Source: Takakia lepidozioides
Lineage: Eukaryota; Plantae; Bryophyta
Length of the DNA: 64,000 bases
NCBI GenBank assembly: GCA_030704615.1
Contig: CM060731.1
Coordinates: forward strand, 65,224,001-65,288,000
Direction of reading: 5' to 3'
Shown here: positions 35,517 to 47,399 of the stretch, in pieces
Numbering within the stretch: the stretch's first letter is position 1
Layout of the letters: every line of letters begins with the position of its first letter
Translations under genes and position numbers: made by a program
Notes under the pieces: model-generated
The model's database searches: none
Seen by the model: the letters and a program-made list of their open reading frames with translations, nothing else
Told to the model about the DNA's origin: nothing

Positions 35517-37126
35517 GCCTCCATCGACATGATCCTTGTGGATATCCCGGATGGGCAGGAGATACTGGGGCTGGGCTCAGTACCCTGGTGGAACAAGTAC
35601 GACGAAAGATACTGGAGCCACACATTCGGGTTCGCAGCCAACATGTTGGACGACGTTGGCTGTGTTGTTGTGCTAGCAGCCGATGGAGAAGTCACTGAGA
35701 ATGATATCAAAGTATGGACGGGGAGAAGTGCAGCACCCATCCTGAAAAAAATCTGGACTTGCATCAACACGCAGGGTCTTCTCAACGATGGCCAGAAGGT
35801 ATGTTGTAGTTCTCCTCTGCTATGTCAATTTCTGCGCCGAAATTGCCCCTGTACGTGTAGGCCACCTCTGACATTTTCATTCCTTTCTCTGCAGACTCTT
35901 ATCTTTCAGGCATTTTGCTTCGTGAAGGAACATTCGAAATTCAAATTACGTGAAGCAGAAAGACTTGTTGATTCCACAGTTGATCCACTGGAGTATAACG
36001 TCCTGTTCAACCATGTGGGAGAGAAGGACATTCTTTGTGATTTGTCAGGCAAGCCATGGAGGTATGGCAGGACCAGGAGTCCTGCATTCATCCAGACGCT
36101 CATGGAAACGTGTACGGATGTTGAAGGCAGGGTCCTTGACGTCACTGCAAATACAGGTGAGAACGTTAATTGAATGCGGCACCAAAATTGACACCATTTT
36201 CGTTTGTGTATGTTTGCTTGTGCGAGGAAGCGACTCATTCTTGAGTTTGGCTGTGGTTGTGTTGTATGAATTCGCAGGTGCCTGTATGTGGGCGGGAAGG
36301 ATGTCGAACCGATTTGTGTTCTCATTTGAGGGGGATACGGCCTTGTACGATTACAATTTGGCGGGCCTTCAGCGTCTGCCTCCGACTGAGGATCCCAAAA
36401 ACGCAGAAGAGGACGTGGAAGGACAGGAGGAAGATGAAGAGGAGGAAGTCCAGGAAATTCGTTCGATGCAGGGGTGCCCGAAGCCGCTTCCCCCAATGCT
36501 GTCTTCGAGTGAGTTGCACCATAGTAAGTGTATTGGTTTCGGTTGTAGGGACCATGCAACCTGCCGATGATTCCCTGTTTGAATTCTCTAATGTACTTCA
36601 TTCTATGTTTGTGTGTACACTCAGCCTTGCAGAGTCGTCCGACAAGGAGAAGCTGGGAGACTTGCCCGAATCGGACCCTGTTGCAGAGGAGGAGACAGAA
36701 TCGCATCGGCCATTCTTTGCCAGAAAATCGTTTCTCGCAAGTCCCCAGAAGCCCTTTTTTCTACCAGCCTATGCAGACACGGCTGCCAGAGAAGCCATCA
36801 GGAGGGAGGATAGGCCTACTCGGTTAGAGCAATTGACATACGGGAATGAGCAGAGAATTATAATGAGGCGTGAGGCCAAACATAGAATTGTGAAAGGCAG
36901 AGTAGGGAAGTTCGTAATAGAATACGCGTCCGAGAGCGAGGGGAATGTTGAGGACACTTCCGCACCCATGTGGACAGTTCCGGCTGGTGAGGATGGTATT
37001 TTTGAGGGGAGGGCTTCTCAGAGTAACAACGGTAGCGGCAGTGCAGGTTCGGAGGCAGGTGGAAGGCAGCCATCCTTGCATGAGGCCGGGGATGCATCGG
37101 ACAGTGATAGCGGATCCTCACCATAG
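35517..37126 (+). pseudogene. Element A methyltransferase-like exons and acidic C-terminus, separated from upstream exons by an inversion
   Basis: DMILVDIPDG, WWNKYDERYWS, PWRYGRTRSPAFIQTLME...VLDVTANTG|ACMWAG...FSFEGD; introns at the same positions as in element B. Confidence 0.85.
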
Positions 37127-37374
37127 CAAAGTCTCATTTGGATCCTTTTGTTGTACAGTTCTGAAACACTTAATGAAAATATTGACGATTTGAAAAATCA
37201 TTGTGTTCAGACTGCTTGTCCGATTCCCTACATTTCTTCCGCCAACCAAAATGTATAATAAAAGCAGAAGAGACGCAAACTTCAGTGAAGAACCCTACAA
37301 GTAATTTATGCACACCTTCGAGCCGGGAACTTGAAGCCATGAAAACCCTGCCGTTTCTAACATTCCTATTGGGA

Positions 37375-37655
37375 AATTTGGCGCCGAAATAGCCCAGTGC
37401 GCGCCTTCGTTATATGGGCCTCAAAAATTCCACGGATGAATTACTGCACCAAAATATCGCGATGGAAGCCTTCAGCACAAGGCACTTCGGCACATTCCAC
37501 TTGGGTATTTCGGCGCCGAAATAGCCTGTTCTGCGCCTTTAAATACCGCACTATATCACATTTTAAGAGGTAATTTCGGTGCCGAAATACCCCGGTGGAT
37601 GTCTTCAAAACACCATTTTAGCACACTGCTCTTGGGAATAACGGCGCCGAAATAC
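37375..37655. repeat. Four copies of the element A palindrome (ATTTCGGCGCCGAAAT type) near the right end
   Basis: Copies at ~37375, 37507, 37573 and 37638. Confidence 0.85.
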
Positions 37656-38023
37656 CTCATTCCGCATCCTGGACCAGGAGAAACAGACCTATTACTGAGG
37701 TGAATAACACTTAGGATTCCAAGAGGATCATAAATCAGGCTCGCTCAATAAGGACAGGAAAAATTCTCAATTCGTGGACCGTCAATAAAGGCAGGAAAAT
37801 TCCAATTCCGCGGATGCCCGCTCATGAGCTCATAGGCTCATAGGCTCATGGGCTCATGAAATAGTAAACCTCTAAGATTGCAGCAGCGCATGACCTGAAG
37901 GGGGTTGTAGCGGAAAACGGGGAGATGGCTCCACCCATTCAATTTGAAGTAGCTGCGCTCATCAGATTTGGATGAGCACACAATCCCGAGAATCGCAGTG
38001 AAGAGGAAGAGACAATTGACATA

Positions 38024-39454
38024 AGAGAGAAGAAGGGGAGGGGGAGAGGTGACAACATTCGTCGACAGCTAGGGGGGGACTTGCAAAATGGCTAAGTCCC
38101 ATCCCCTCACCGCAACCTACGGAGCGCTGGTCATCCGATTTATAGTTTAGCCCTGTCGAATCGGTTTTCACTATTTTAGAGAGGAGGAGCTTGGTTCGAT
38201 TTTTGAGAGTGCAGGTTATATACAAGACTAGGACCAATTATTTACGGTTTGAGTATTTGGACACTTTGGAGAGGCTCTTGGCACACCTAGATGCTGAGCC
38301 ATAGCTCATTGGAAAGCTAAGGGATTCTCTACCTAATGCCCATTTTTCCAAAATTGCTTAATTTTCTGCATTACTAAATGGTTAAATTATGTTTTCTGCT
38401 TAGAAATTAGATAGAAAGTATGAATAATAATAGTATAGTTCACATTTCTATTTTCAGCTTAGTCGAAAAACCTATGTATCTCTAAAAAAAAAACTATGTA
38501 TTCCTTCTTGTATGGTGCAGTCTATCGCACACACGGCTGGTAGCTCAGCTGGTAAATGGTAAATGCACAGTGGTGTCACCCTGGTGGTTTGGGGTTCAAA
38601 ACCCGTTGCCCTGCTCCGTGTGTGAGATTGTTCGTGACGGTATGTTTGGGCGATGTTCGTCCTATAGGTCTCATGGCCCATAAATGAAAGGGGGTTAATT
38701 TTTCCCCCTCCCCAAGGGCTTGAATTGTGGGCTATTGCTCCTAGGTTTCCTTAAGAAAAAAAAAAAAAAAAACCCTACTCAAATAGTTTTTTTTTTTTTT
38801 TAAACTTTGAAAATCTATTTCTAATGGATAATGATCCTGAGAAAATAGAGGGGAAATATTGATATTATAGGTAGGGGTTTTTCTTATGCTAAGGTATGAT
38901 TTCTCTAGGTAGTGGGATAGGATAGTGGGAGCATGATGGCCTCTTTGCACACACGTGCGGTCTTGTGAAGCGTGAATGTGAAGCGACTTGCCCCAACATC
39001 TTGGTGAAGCTTTCCGGAAGTAGGCGCTCCAAGTGGAGGGGACTTCCCGAGAAACCCAACAGACTCATGGGTGAAGTCGTGTTAATGTAATAAAAAGACT
39101 TGGAAGGCAATTAGTTAGGACTAGATTTAGGATAAATGTTTGTCCCGTAGGTGTAGGAGTTGGATCCTGAGTTTACTAGTAGTTAGATAGCATGAGGAAA
39201 TCTTCCATCAACCGCTGACCCTTTGTCAAGTTAGTGAGTCATTCACTGTGGACGGTTCTTGACCCTAACCCACCTCGTCGCCGGACTCCATGGCCCCTTG
39301 ACGTCGCCCTTTCGTGCTTGCGCGCGTGGGGGCTCGTCAAGAGGGTATACAGTGGACTAATTTCCCTACTTTGGCCCGTACTACACGAATTTACAGTACT
39401 GGTCGCAGATGCGACATAGAGCCCCTTGGGTGAAATCTTATGGTCTTTGTGTCA
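38024..39454 (+). mobile_element. Possible polypurine tract plus LTR (38050-39454) of another retrotransposon
   Basis: Purine run ...AGAAGAAGGGGAGGGGGAGAGG followed by TGACA; candidate end TGTCA at 39450-39454. No partner LTR or TSD. Confidence 0.35.
38535..38612 (+). other. tRNA-derived, SINE-head-like sequence
   Basis: A-box-like TAGCTCAGCTGGTAA and B-box-like GGTTCAAAAC; no clean cloverleaf; A-run at ~38756-38772. Confidence 0.4.
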
Positions 39455-41305
39455 ATGACCTTGATGTCCTAAATCGGGTGTTGGATCCTTAAACAAGGAA
39501 CATATGTGACGGAGATCCCGATATGTTCGAAAATGTTGCAGGGTTCATCAATAGTTCGATTGGTGAACCTAAAATGACCAATGTACTGTGGGATGAGTGA
39601 CATGACGGGGATGTCAAGCTAGCACCATCGATATCAAATTTTGTTATGACATGTGTATGTAGTACGATTCTAGCCGGTTCATAATTATTCGCCTCTTATG
39701 AGTTCTCTGATGAGGCTTGGGTTAAGAGATTACGAAAGGAGTGGAGGGAGTTTGCCAAACGTTACAAGCATTCCTCCCGCCACCGCGAAGGATACTTGTA
39801 CTAGGGGATGGTGATTAGATATGGACATATGTTGTGGCCCCTACTATAGCACCGTTAGGGATTGGTGATTAGGGTTTAGGGTTCAGGTTGAAATTTTCAC
39901 GTGTTCATTGTGACGAATATTTGAAGTGTAAACAAAATAGTCAGAGATTGCGTCAATATTATTTAAAGATGAGTCACCATATATTACCATATTACCCAAG
40001 ACGGTGACGAGGGGGACAATGAACACAATATGGACAGTGACGACGTGAAAGCCATGGAGGATTTGTTAATGAACCAGTTGGGGGAGGGACAACAAATTGG
40101 GGAGGATATCGCTCATCGACCACATTAGATCAAAATGCCGATCAAAATCCAATGGAAGCCGAGGCAAACACACCCTTGTATAAATGAGCAAGAGTGAGTA
40201 GACTTTCTTCTATACTGAACTATTGCTTGATTTGCAAACGCGGTTCGGCATAAGCAACGTTGGCTTGTCCGCAATCATGCGCACAATTGCAGACCACATT
40301 GGGATGGGCTACAAATTGTCCATGCATGATCGCACCTTGTACCATGGAGAGCATGAGCATGCTACCACGTGTCCCCGATGCAAAACATCTAGATACCGAG
40401 ATGATGTTCAAGGAAAGAAGATCCCACGAAAGGTAAATTTCTCTTATATTCTCTTTGTTGCCATTTCAAGTGGTTACAAATATGCTCACATACATAAACT
40501 TAAAAGGTACATGAATATATACATATATACATGTAGAGATATATTCATGTGTTCACCAATTAATATATCATTTTAGGGTTTATGAGGTTATATCCCTCCA
40601 ATAATATTAGCGTTTGCATATAGGGGTTTGGGTTAGTCCATTGTATGTCTCATCGCTATGAGAGAGATATGACGCCAACCAAAGTTAGCCTAAGTAAGGG
40701 TCTCTTCCCCTTGTGGCTACTTTCCCATTTGGGGGGTAGGTATGGCACCCCATCTGCACCTGCTAATCCTTCAACTAATGTAGACTTTACAAAATATCTA
40801 TATACAAACCTTTGCAAATATATACCCCTCTCTTATGTACAATATGTGGATACAAATGAAAGGAAGTAAATATTGATATAGTTGTTGTGTTTGTGGGGGA
40901 GCTTAGAAAATGCATTATTTTCCAGTCATCTCGCGCTTGAAAGCACAAACACGGAGTCCATCATTCGTCAAACTCATGAAGTGGCATGCGAAGCATCGGT
41001 GCCCTCCCGTAAAGCCTGTGCGGCCCTCACAATTCGCCAGTTTGGACGGGAAAATCTAAACTCATTACAGCGACACCACATATGTCGCAATAAATGCCTT
41101 AGTCATGGGGGTCGCAGTAACAAAGCGAGGCTTGCGGAGTCGCTATAAAGAACTTAGTGAATTTTTGGTTCTTGGGCCAGTTTGGCGGCCGAGATAGTGA
41201 CCCCCTAGACGTCGCTATACCCACCCGGCCGGCTAGCGACGTTGGCGTTGCTCGCGGAAGCGCGTGGGGTGCCGTGGGGGATCACTAACCCCCCCAACAG
41301 TAGTG
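39455..41305 (+). mobile_element. CACTA/EnSpm element remnant (right arm)
   Basis: Tnp2-like fragment LYHGEHEHATTCPRCKTSRY...KIPRKV (40223-40432); GTCGC/GCGAC subterminal repeats 41070-41250; terminus CAGTAGTG ending at 41305. Left end not found. Confidence 0.7.
39481..39800 (+). pseudogene. SET-domain-like remnant
   Basis: Manual translation from 39481: ICDGDPDMFENVAGFINSS...TNVLW...TILAGS*LFASY, three in-frame stops. Confidence 0.55.
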
Positions 41306-42840
41306 TTGAGATGAGGGTCCTCAGGAGGTGGAGGATTGACATGTCCCGAGATGGCACACAAGACCCTAATACGAAAGAAATAGGTACTGCAGGGATTATT
41401 CAAAGCTGAGAAAGAGAGCGAGCCATCAGTTGCAACAGCAGAAGATGGGCCCCATTTTGGCTTGCTGATTGAAAGCAAAAAAAACGAAAGGTGTAGTAGA
41501 GGAAACATAATACCCAAGCCAAACTGGGATGATACAATCATGGGGGTATGAGAGGAAATTGGATCAAGTAGCTGGGAGGTCACCCATGACATGATGCCAG
41601 CCACAATCGATACGTCTTGCAGAAAATCCGGCAGTTGCAGATATTTATACCTGGTTTGATAACCGGCTGGTATATAGGAGGGGGGCTTATTCAGCTCATT
41701 GTCCCTATTAATTAATACATCTGTGGTTCATGTTTGTGTTTTTTTTGGGGCCCTGCGTGTGCAGACCCCATTAGGTACTAACTTAGGAAGAAGCCACCAC
41801 GTGACACCAGCTTATCCCAATTTGTCATGAACCATCCCCCATTTAATAGGTGTCGCCTTCCTACCTTCATTTTTTTTTTACCCCCATACATGACAGCTTT
41901 CCTGGTGTAGCTTACTGCAACCACCACTTTTTAATTCCTGGACCACCCTCTAATGCCTCTGAATTTTGTGTGGCCTCGTCGCAATGAGGCCGCACCGTGC
42001 AGAGGGGACGAGGACCTGACAACAGGCGCCACTACATCTAAACGGTCCCTATTATTACCCTGTTTCTCTTATATATGAAAAAAATGACAAATTATTGACA
42101 TGGTGGAGGTTGTGGTCTGGTGGCAGGTCGATGGTGATATACCGATGCAGGTTTGGGGATCCACTCCCTAGCACGGTTTGGGTGGTTGGTGCTGAAAAAT
42201 TATGACGTCTCCCGAAGGGAGCGTAACTTATGGTGTCACTTCACCACAAGGGCTACTGTCTTCCAGCATGACACACCAGACCGTGGTTTGAACCCACAAC
42301 CATATCCAACGTGGTATGTGCCCATTACCACTGGGCTACATGCTGGTTGTCGGTTGGCGCAGACTATAACTACCTCCATGGAGGTAGTTTGTAACTACTC
42401 TCATGCAGGTAGTTCAGCTTGGTTTTGCAACAGCTACCTTCATGTAGAAAATCCTAATACTACCTGCATGGAGATAATTGTAAATTTCATAAGCCAAAAA
42501 AATGTCCTCAACGCATGAAGGTAGTTTGCTCCTATGTTAGTGACAGGTGGCCCCATCACACAAAATTCAGAGCCCCCTCTCATGGAGAGGACCCACCCAA
42601 ACACCCATACTTGGGAGGCTTATTACAATCACAATATCCGTCCTATTGATACCCGTCTGCAAATCAACTTAAGTCATACTATTTAAATAAAAAAAAACAT
42701 TAAGAGAAATACCCAGGAGCGACCGCTCACAAATCATCTCATTGTAGTGAGATGAGAAAATAACCTCTTTAATAGTAACCTCGCCATGAGGCGCCAAGCG
42801 CAAGGCTCTAGGGCCCATGCTACTATTAGAACCGCTGGAT

Positions 42841-42841
<1 letters not shown>

Positions 42842-42866
<25 letters not shown>
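42842..42866. repeat. (TA)n microsatellite
   Basis: Directly visible. Confidence 0.95.
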
Positions 42867-42871
<5 letters not shown>

Positions 42872-43157
42872 ATAGGTAAAGCCCTGATTAATTTTATTCA
42901 TGAATTATTTGGGGAAAAAAATTAAAACCCCGACTAAGCCATAAGGCACACACACTATAATCAGTGTAGTAAGAGCCATGCATCCAACAAGTTGGATTAT
43001 GATCTGGGACAGATCCCGAGAGAGAAGACCACTTAAATGTAGCAGGCCTATTTCAATTGCCGGTCCTTAAACGAACGGACCCTTTGACCCAAACTGGTAA
43101 TCTCACGAATCAGAGGACTCAGATTTTGCCCATTGACCTTACCCAAAGCAGAATGAT

Positions 43158-46100
43158 TCAAGAGTAATTAAGACTGGAGGCCTTGGAAGAGGTCTTGAGG
43201 TGTTTCCAGTTGACATCGCGTTCAAACTCCTGTGAACAAGTGGAGGGGGACTTGCAGGTCACGCCACGCTGGTGGAGGGAGCTCTGTCCAGACACATTTG
43301 TCTTGCAAAGGGGAGTGGTAGATGATTCATGCACGGCCCCATGAACTGTAGAAAGCTGCGTGGATATTGGTGGCGCTCCCGGAATTTCGTTCCATGTCTG
43401 CACACGTTTTAGCCCTGCAAGCCTTACGGGCTTCAATTTGAAGATCATAATAAATGGTGGAAAAAAGCGCAGAGATAGTGGCGGTCGTTCCAGAGAAGGT
43501 ATTCTTACATCGTAACTTTCACAGGTGCCACAGCGTGGATCCTCTGAGGGTTTCAAATACAAGATAGCTCACAGCTCTGGTTTTTGTGTTCTTGTCATAG
43601 TTTAGAAGCAGATGGGTTTCGGATAGGGCAGATGGGCTCCAGTGTAGGTATAGAGATTTCACCAATGGCCATATCTTGGATGGTGCTTGGCAGTGAAGCA
43701 AACAGTGTTCCAGGGTTGCCTGTATGGCGGAAGAGCAGCACGCACAGAGGACGGATGCTTGGAATTGGCGCCATTCCCCCACTTTAAGAACCCTATTCGT
43801 AACTTGCCATAGAAAGGCAGAGATTTTTGCAGGACGAGTTTTGATCCATATTGAGCCCCAGATAACTAACCATTTTTCATCACGAAATCCATGGGTTTCC
43901 CATTTCAGGTCCCATTTAGAGAGCATTGGTTCTGTCTTGGCTATAACCCTATATCCTTTCTTGGTTGTGTATGAGAAAAAGGGGTCTAGCAATCTGGTGA
44001 AGGTCCATGACCATTCTGCAGGGTCCATATCAAGCTCCGCCAAGGGTCTTCCAAGGATCCACACAAAAGTATTAGAGGGCAGCCAGTCATTTACTGGAAC
44101 AGATAAGAGGGGCAGTGGATTGAAGGCTCTATCTTGCGAAGACCAACAGCAGATCCTGATTGGGGTGAGAGGGAAGGGTTTAATGAGCTGAGGGGTTTTT
44201 GAGGCTAGTGTGAGCACAAGAGTGACTGTGTTGATGTGGAATATGAAGATGGTAAGTTGCTGAGCAGTTGCGTACTGGACAAAAATGACTGATAACTGTC
44301 CTTGGAAAATGGCCAAGCCCCATAAATTGTCCGCAATCTCAAGGGGTCCTGAATCCAAGATAGTTAACCATTTGGGGGTTTATGGATGAGATGAGAGTTT
44401 GATATCCCCTGTTCGCCCTTCCCTTGCCTACTAGATGTGAGACGATTTCCTGGGGTTGGAGGGACCTGTTCTTCCAAATATTGTTCATCTGGCTGATTCC
44501 CAGTTTGTCCCAGCAAGACCAACGTCTGGCCTGGTTATGATGTGAGGGATTCGGGGTGCTTGTATTGAGAAAGAGGTGTTGTCTGAGCACTTCGTAGAAG
44601 GATTTTGGCTGGGCTTTAATTAGGAATTTGCGTAGCTTACCCCAGGCCCGCCAGATATTTCTCCATAGAGGTGATCCTTTTGCCTTGAGATTGAACCCAT
44701 GTGCAATCTAGCGTAGTGAGGGTTGCCAGACTGGGACTTTGAGGGGTGAGGAAGCAATGATGTGATCATGGACTAGAAATTTCCAGCATCCTCCTTCTGG
44801 CCCCAAGAAACGTGGAATCCATTTTGCAAGAAGCGCATTGATTTGAGATTCCAAATCTAAAACCCCCAAGCCCCCTTCTTTTTGGGAAGGCAGATTTGTT
44901 TCCAACTTACTTGTGGTCTTTTGTTGTCTGTGGCTTTGCGACCCCCCCAGATGTAGTTTCTAAGGAGGCCTCTAGCTTCTTGGACTTGTTTCGAGTCTGG
45001 ACGCCATGATGAGGAGTAATACCACATACCAGATGAGCAAATTTGGTTAGCCACCAAGACCCGTCCAGTGAGGGAAAGGTGCTTCGAGCCCCAGTAAGTG
45101 AGTTTCCTTTTGAGCTTTTGCAGTATTGGGGCAAATTTCTGTTCATTTGTAAAGGCCTATTCCAAATGAATAGCCCAAGAGGGTAGTGGTCTCACCGTGC
45201 TTGAGCCACTTTAGACCCTAGTTGGAACCCCACGAAAGAGATGTTCCTAATGTGGATTCTGAGAGATCTCCGACAAGCAAGGCTGATGTTTTGTTCCAAT
45301 TAACCTTGAATCCTAAGGCCTGGCAAAAACCATTGAGAGTATTTCCAGCTAAGTCCAAATTTTCCTCTGTAGCTTGAAGCATAAGAAAAGTATCATCTAC
45401 AAACATAGAATCTATGAGGTTGAGGGGCTGTCTCGTGATGTAGTTGGTGATTCTGAGGCCCTTTATGTTTTGGTTGTGGTCCAGCATGTAACCCAAGGTA
45501 TCTGCCACCACCAGGAACAGGAAAAAGGCTAGCGGACACCCCTGGCGGACTGAACGCTGCGGGGGGAAGGAAGAGGAGACGTATCCATTTACCATGACCT
45601 TGTTGGATGATGTTGTTAAAAGAATGCGTACCCAACTGCAGAAATGTGGTGGAAAGCCTATCTTAGCCAAAGCTGCAAGGAGGAAGGGCCATTCCACCCC
45701 GTCAAATGCCTTTTCGAAGTCCAAGAGAAGCATGACAATGGCCTGACCTGATCTGGAGGCAAATTCTGGCACCTCTTGAGCTAAAAGAAGATTGTCAAGG
45801 ATGAATCTACCTTTTATAAACCCTATTTGATTGGGCCTGATCAGAGAAGGCAAGAGAGGCTGCAGTATGAGAGCCAAGGCTTTCGCAATTATTTTATAAG
45901 CTACATTCAGCAAAGAAATGGGTCTGTAATTGGAGATATTTGTTCTGTCCCCTTTTTTGTATAACACGGTGATGACACCTTGCGACATGGTGGGGGGCAT
46001 GAAGCCTTGGAGGAACAGATGGTTTGCCGTATCCGTGAATTCCGTGGAAATATTTAGCCACATTATTCCACAGAGAGTCCATCCATTCATGAAGACTTAT

Positions 46101-46490
46101 TGTTTTGAAGTTTTTTCAAGGCCTCCTCTAGCTCAATCTCTGTGAGCTCCCCTTCGAGGGAAGCGGCTTTTTGACCCGAAAGGATGGTGGGTGTATGTGC
46201 CAGGCAGTCAGTCTGAGAGCAAGGTTGATGTGGTATGATGAAAATAGCTGCTGAAAGTGTTTTTTGGATAGAGCGGCCAAGGCTTTGGGAGAAGTGGCAG
46301 ATAATCCCGAAGATTGGTCAATAAGTTCCGAGATGGCTTGAGCAGCCCTTCGAAGCCGGGTCTTGTCAAAGAAGTATTTTGTCATCTTCTCACCTTTGGA
46401 CGACCAGTTGACCCCTGCCTGAGTTTAAGCTTTCTTCCTGGATTTTATGGTAGAAGTCAAGGTTGCATTTGGCCTGAACAAAGGTGAACT
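43158..46490 (-). mobile_element. 5'-truncated, decayed L1-type LINE ORF2 (RT and zf-RVT)
   Basis: TKYFF; NYRPISLLNVAYKI; LDFEKAFD; VRQGCPL; FVDDT; EGGLGV; CACC...EHCLLHC; many frameshifts. Confidence 0.92.
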
Positions 46491-47399
46491 TTGAACAAAT
46501 TTAGTGAATATTCTAATACTCTGGAGCCCGCTAGTACTAAAAAGAAAGAAAGAAAAAAGATAAGATAAGATAAAGTTTCTTTAACGTCCGGTGATTTTAC
46601 TGCTCAACACACGGGCCATCGAGAAAAAGAAAAGTAATACCCGCCCAACGCTGGTCTTGGTCCAGGGTAAAAGACTTAAATGCCAAGACCCAGGGTAAAG
46701 AAAGACTCTGGGATGCTCAGCGCCTCCCCTCCCTGATCGTTTTCAGAGACCACTCTACAATCCCCAGACTGCAAACATAAGCTGCGTTAGCATCTGTGTA
46801 AGTCTGGACATGTTCGTTGTTCCTCATCGTGTAGAGCCCAATGGAGCCCAAACAACTTGCATGAATGTTGTTGAAAGCTCACTAGCACCCCTCAGTAATG
46901 GACTTTGTCAAAATGTTGATGCTGTCGGATTTTCGAGCACAAACGTCTACCTTGGAGCACGGAGCAGAGCTGTCATGAGTTTTTTAAAGATCCTTCACGA
47001 TGGTGGGACAACCGCAATCGCAAGGTGTGGCTTTTTCTTAATGTACGATGAGAAGAAGTTTGTCCATCCTGCAGATGTGGGCTCTTGGCTCTTCCTGTTA
47101 GTACCATGATTTTGTATTCTTCCTGATGTTTACAAGGTTCTTGGGAGAGTCAGCTTGGTCTTAGCAGGCCGTGTCTCAATCTCTGCCTGCTCAGCTGCAC
47201 CGTGGTGGTTCTCACAGACCAATCCGACATGACCTGACTACAGACACAAGCAGCACACACAAGAGGTCCTTTTGGGTTGATGGTCGGTCAAATCCTCCAT
47301 GGGTCATGGCACAAGGTCAAGGACAATGTGGTGAGGGCAACTTCTTCTTCGACCTATTTCGGCCTGTTTTGCCCTCTCGTCAGACTCGGCCCTGAATTT

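Larger units (their letters stand above)
13793..37872. mobile_element. Outer Mutator-like TIR element or composite (element A), ~24 kb including nested insertions
   Basis: Left end GAGGTTTACTATTTCACGAGC and right end GCTCATGAAATAGTAAACCTC match 20/21 as inverted repeats; CATGAGC-type subterminal repeats at both ends; encloses a transposase and a ParB-MTase gene. No 9-bp TSD found. Confidence 0.8.

Noticed and set aside
13793-37872. Sola assignment based on GAG...CTC termini
   Set aside because: No 4-bp or TTAA TSD; the transposase has MULE CxxH and SWIM, and its relative makes a 9-bp TSD.
38535-38612. Functional tRNA gene
   Set aside because: Only A/B-box-like motifs; acceptor and anticodon stems do not pair convincingly.
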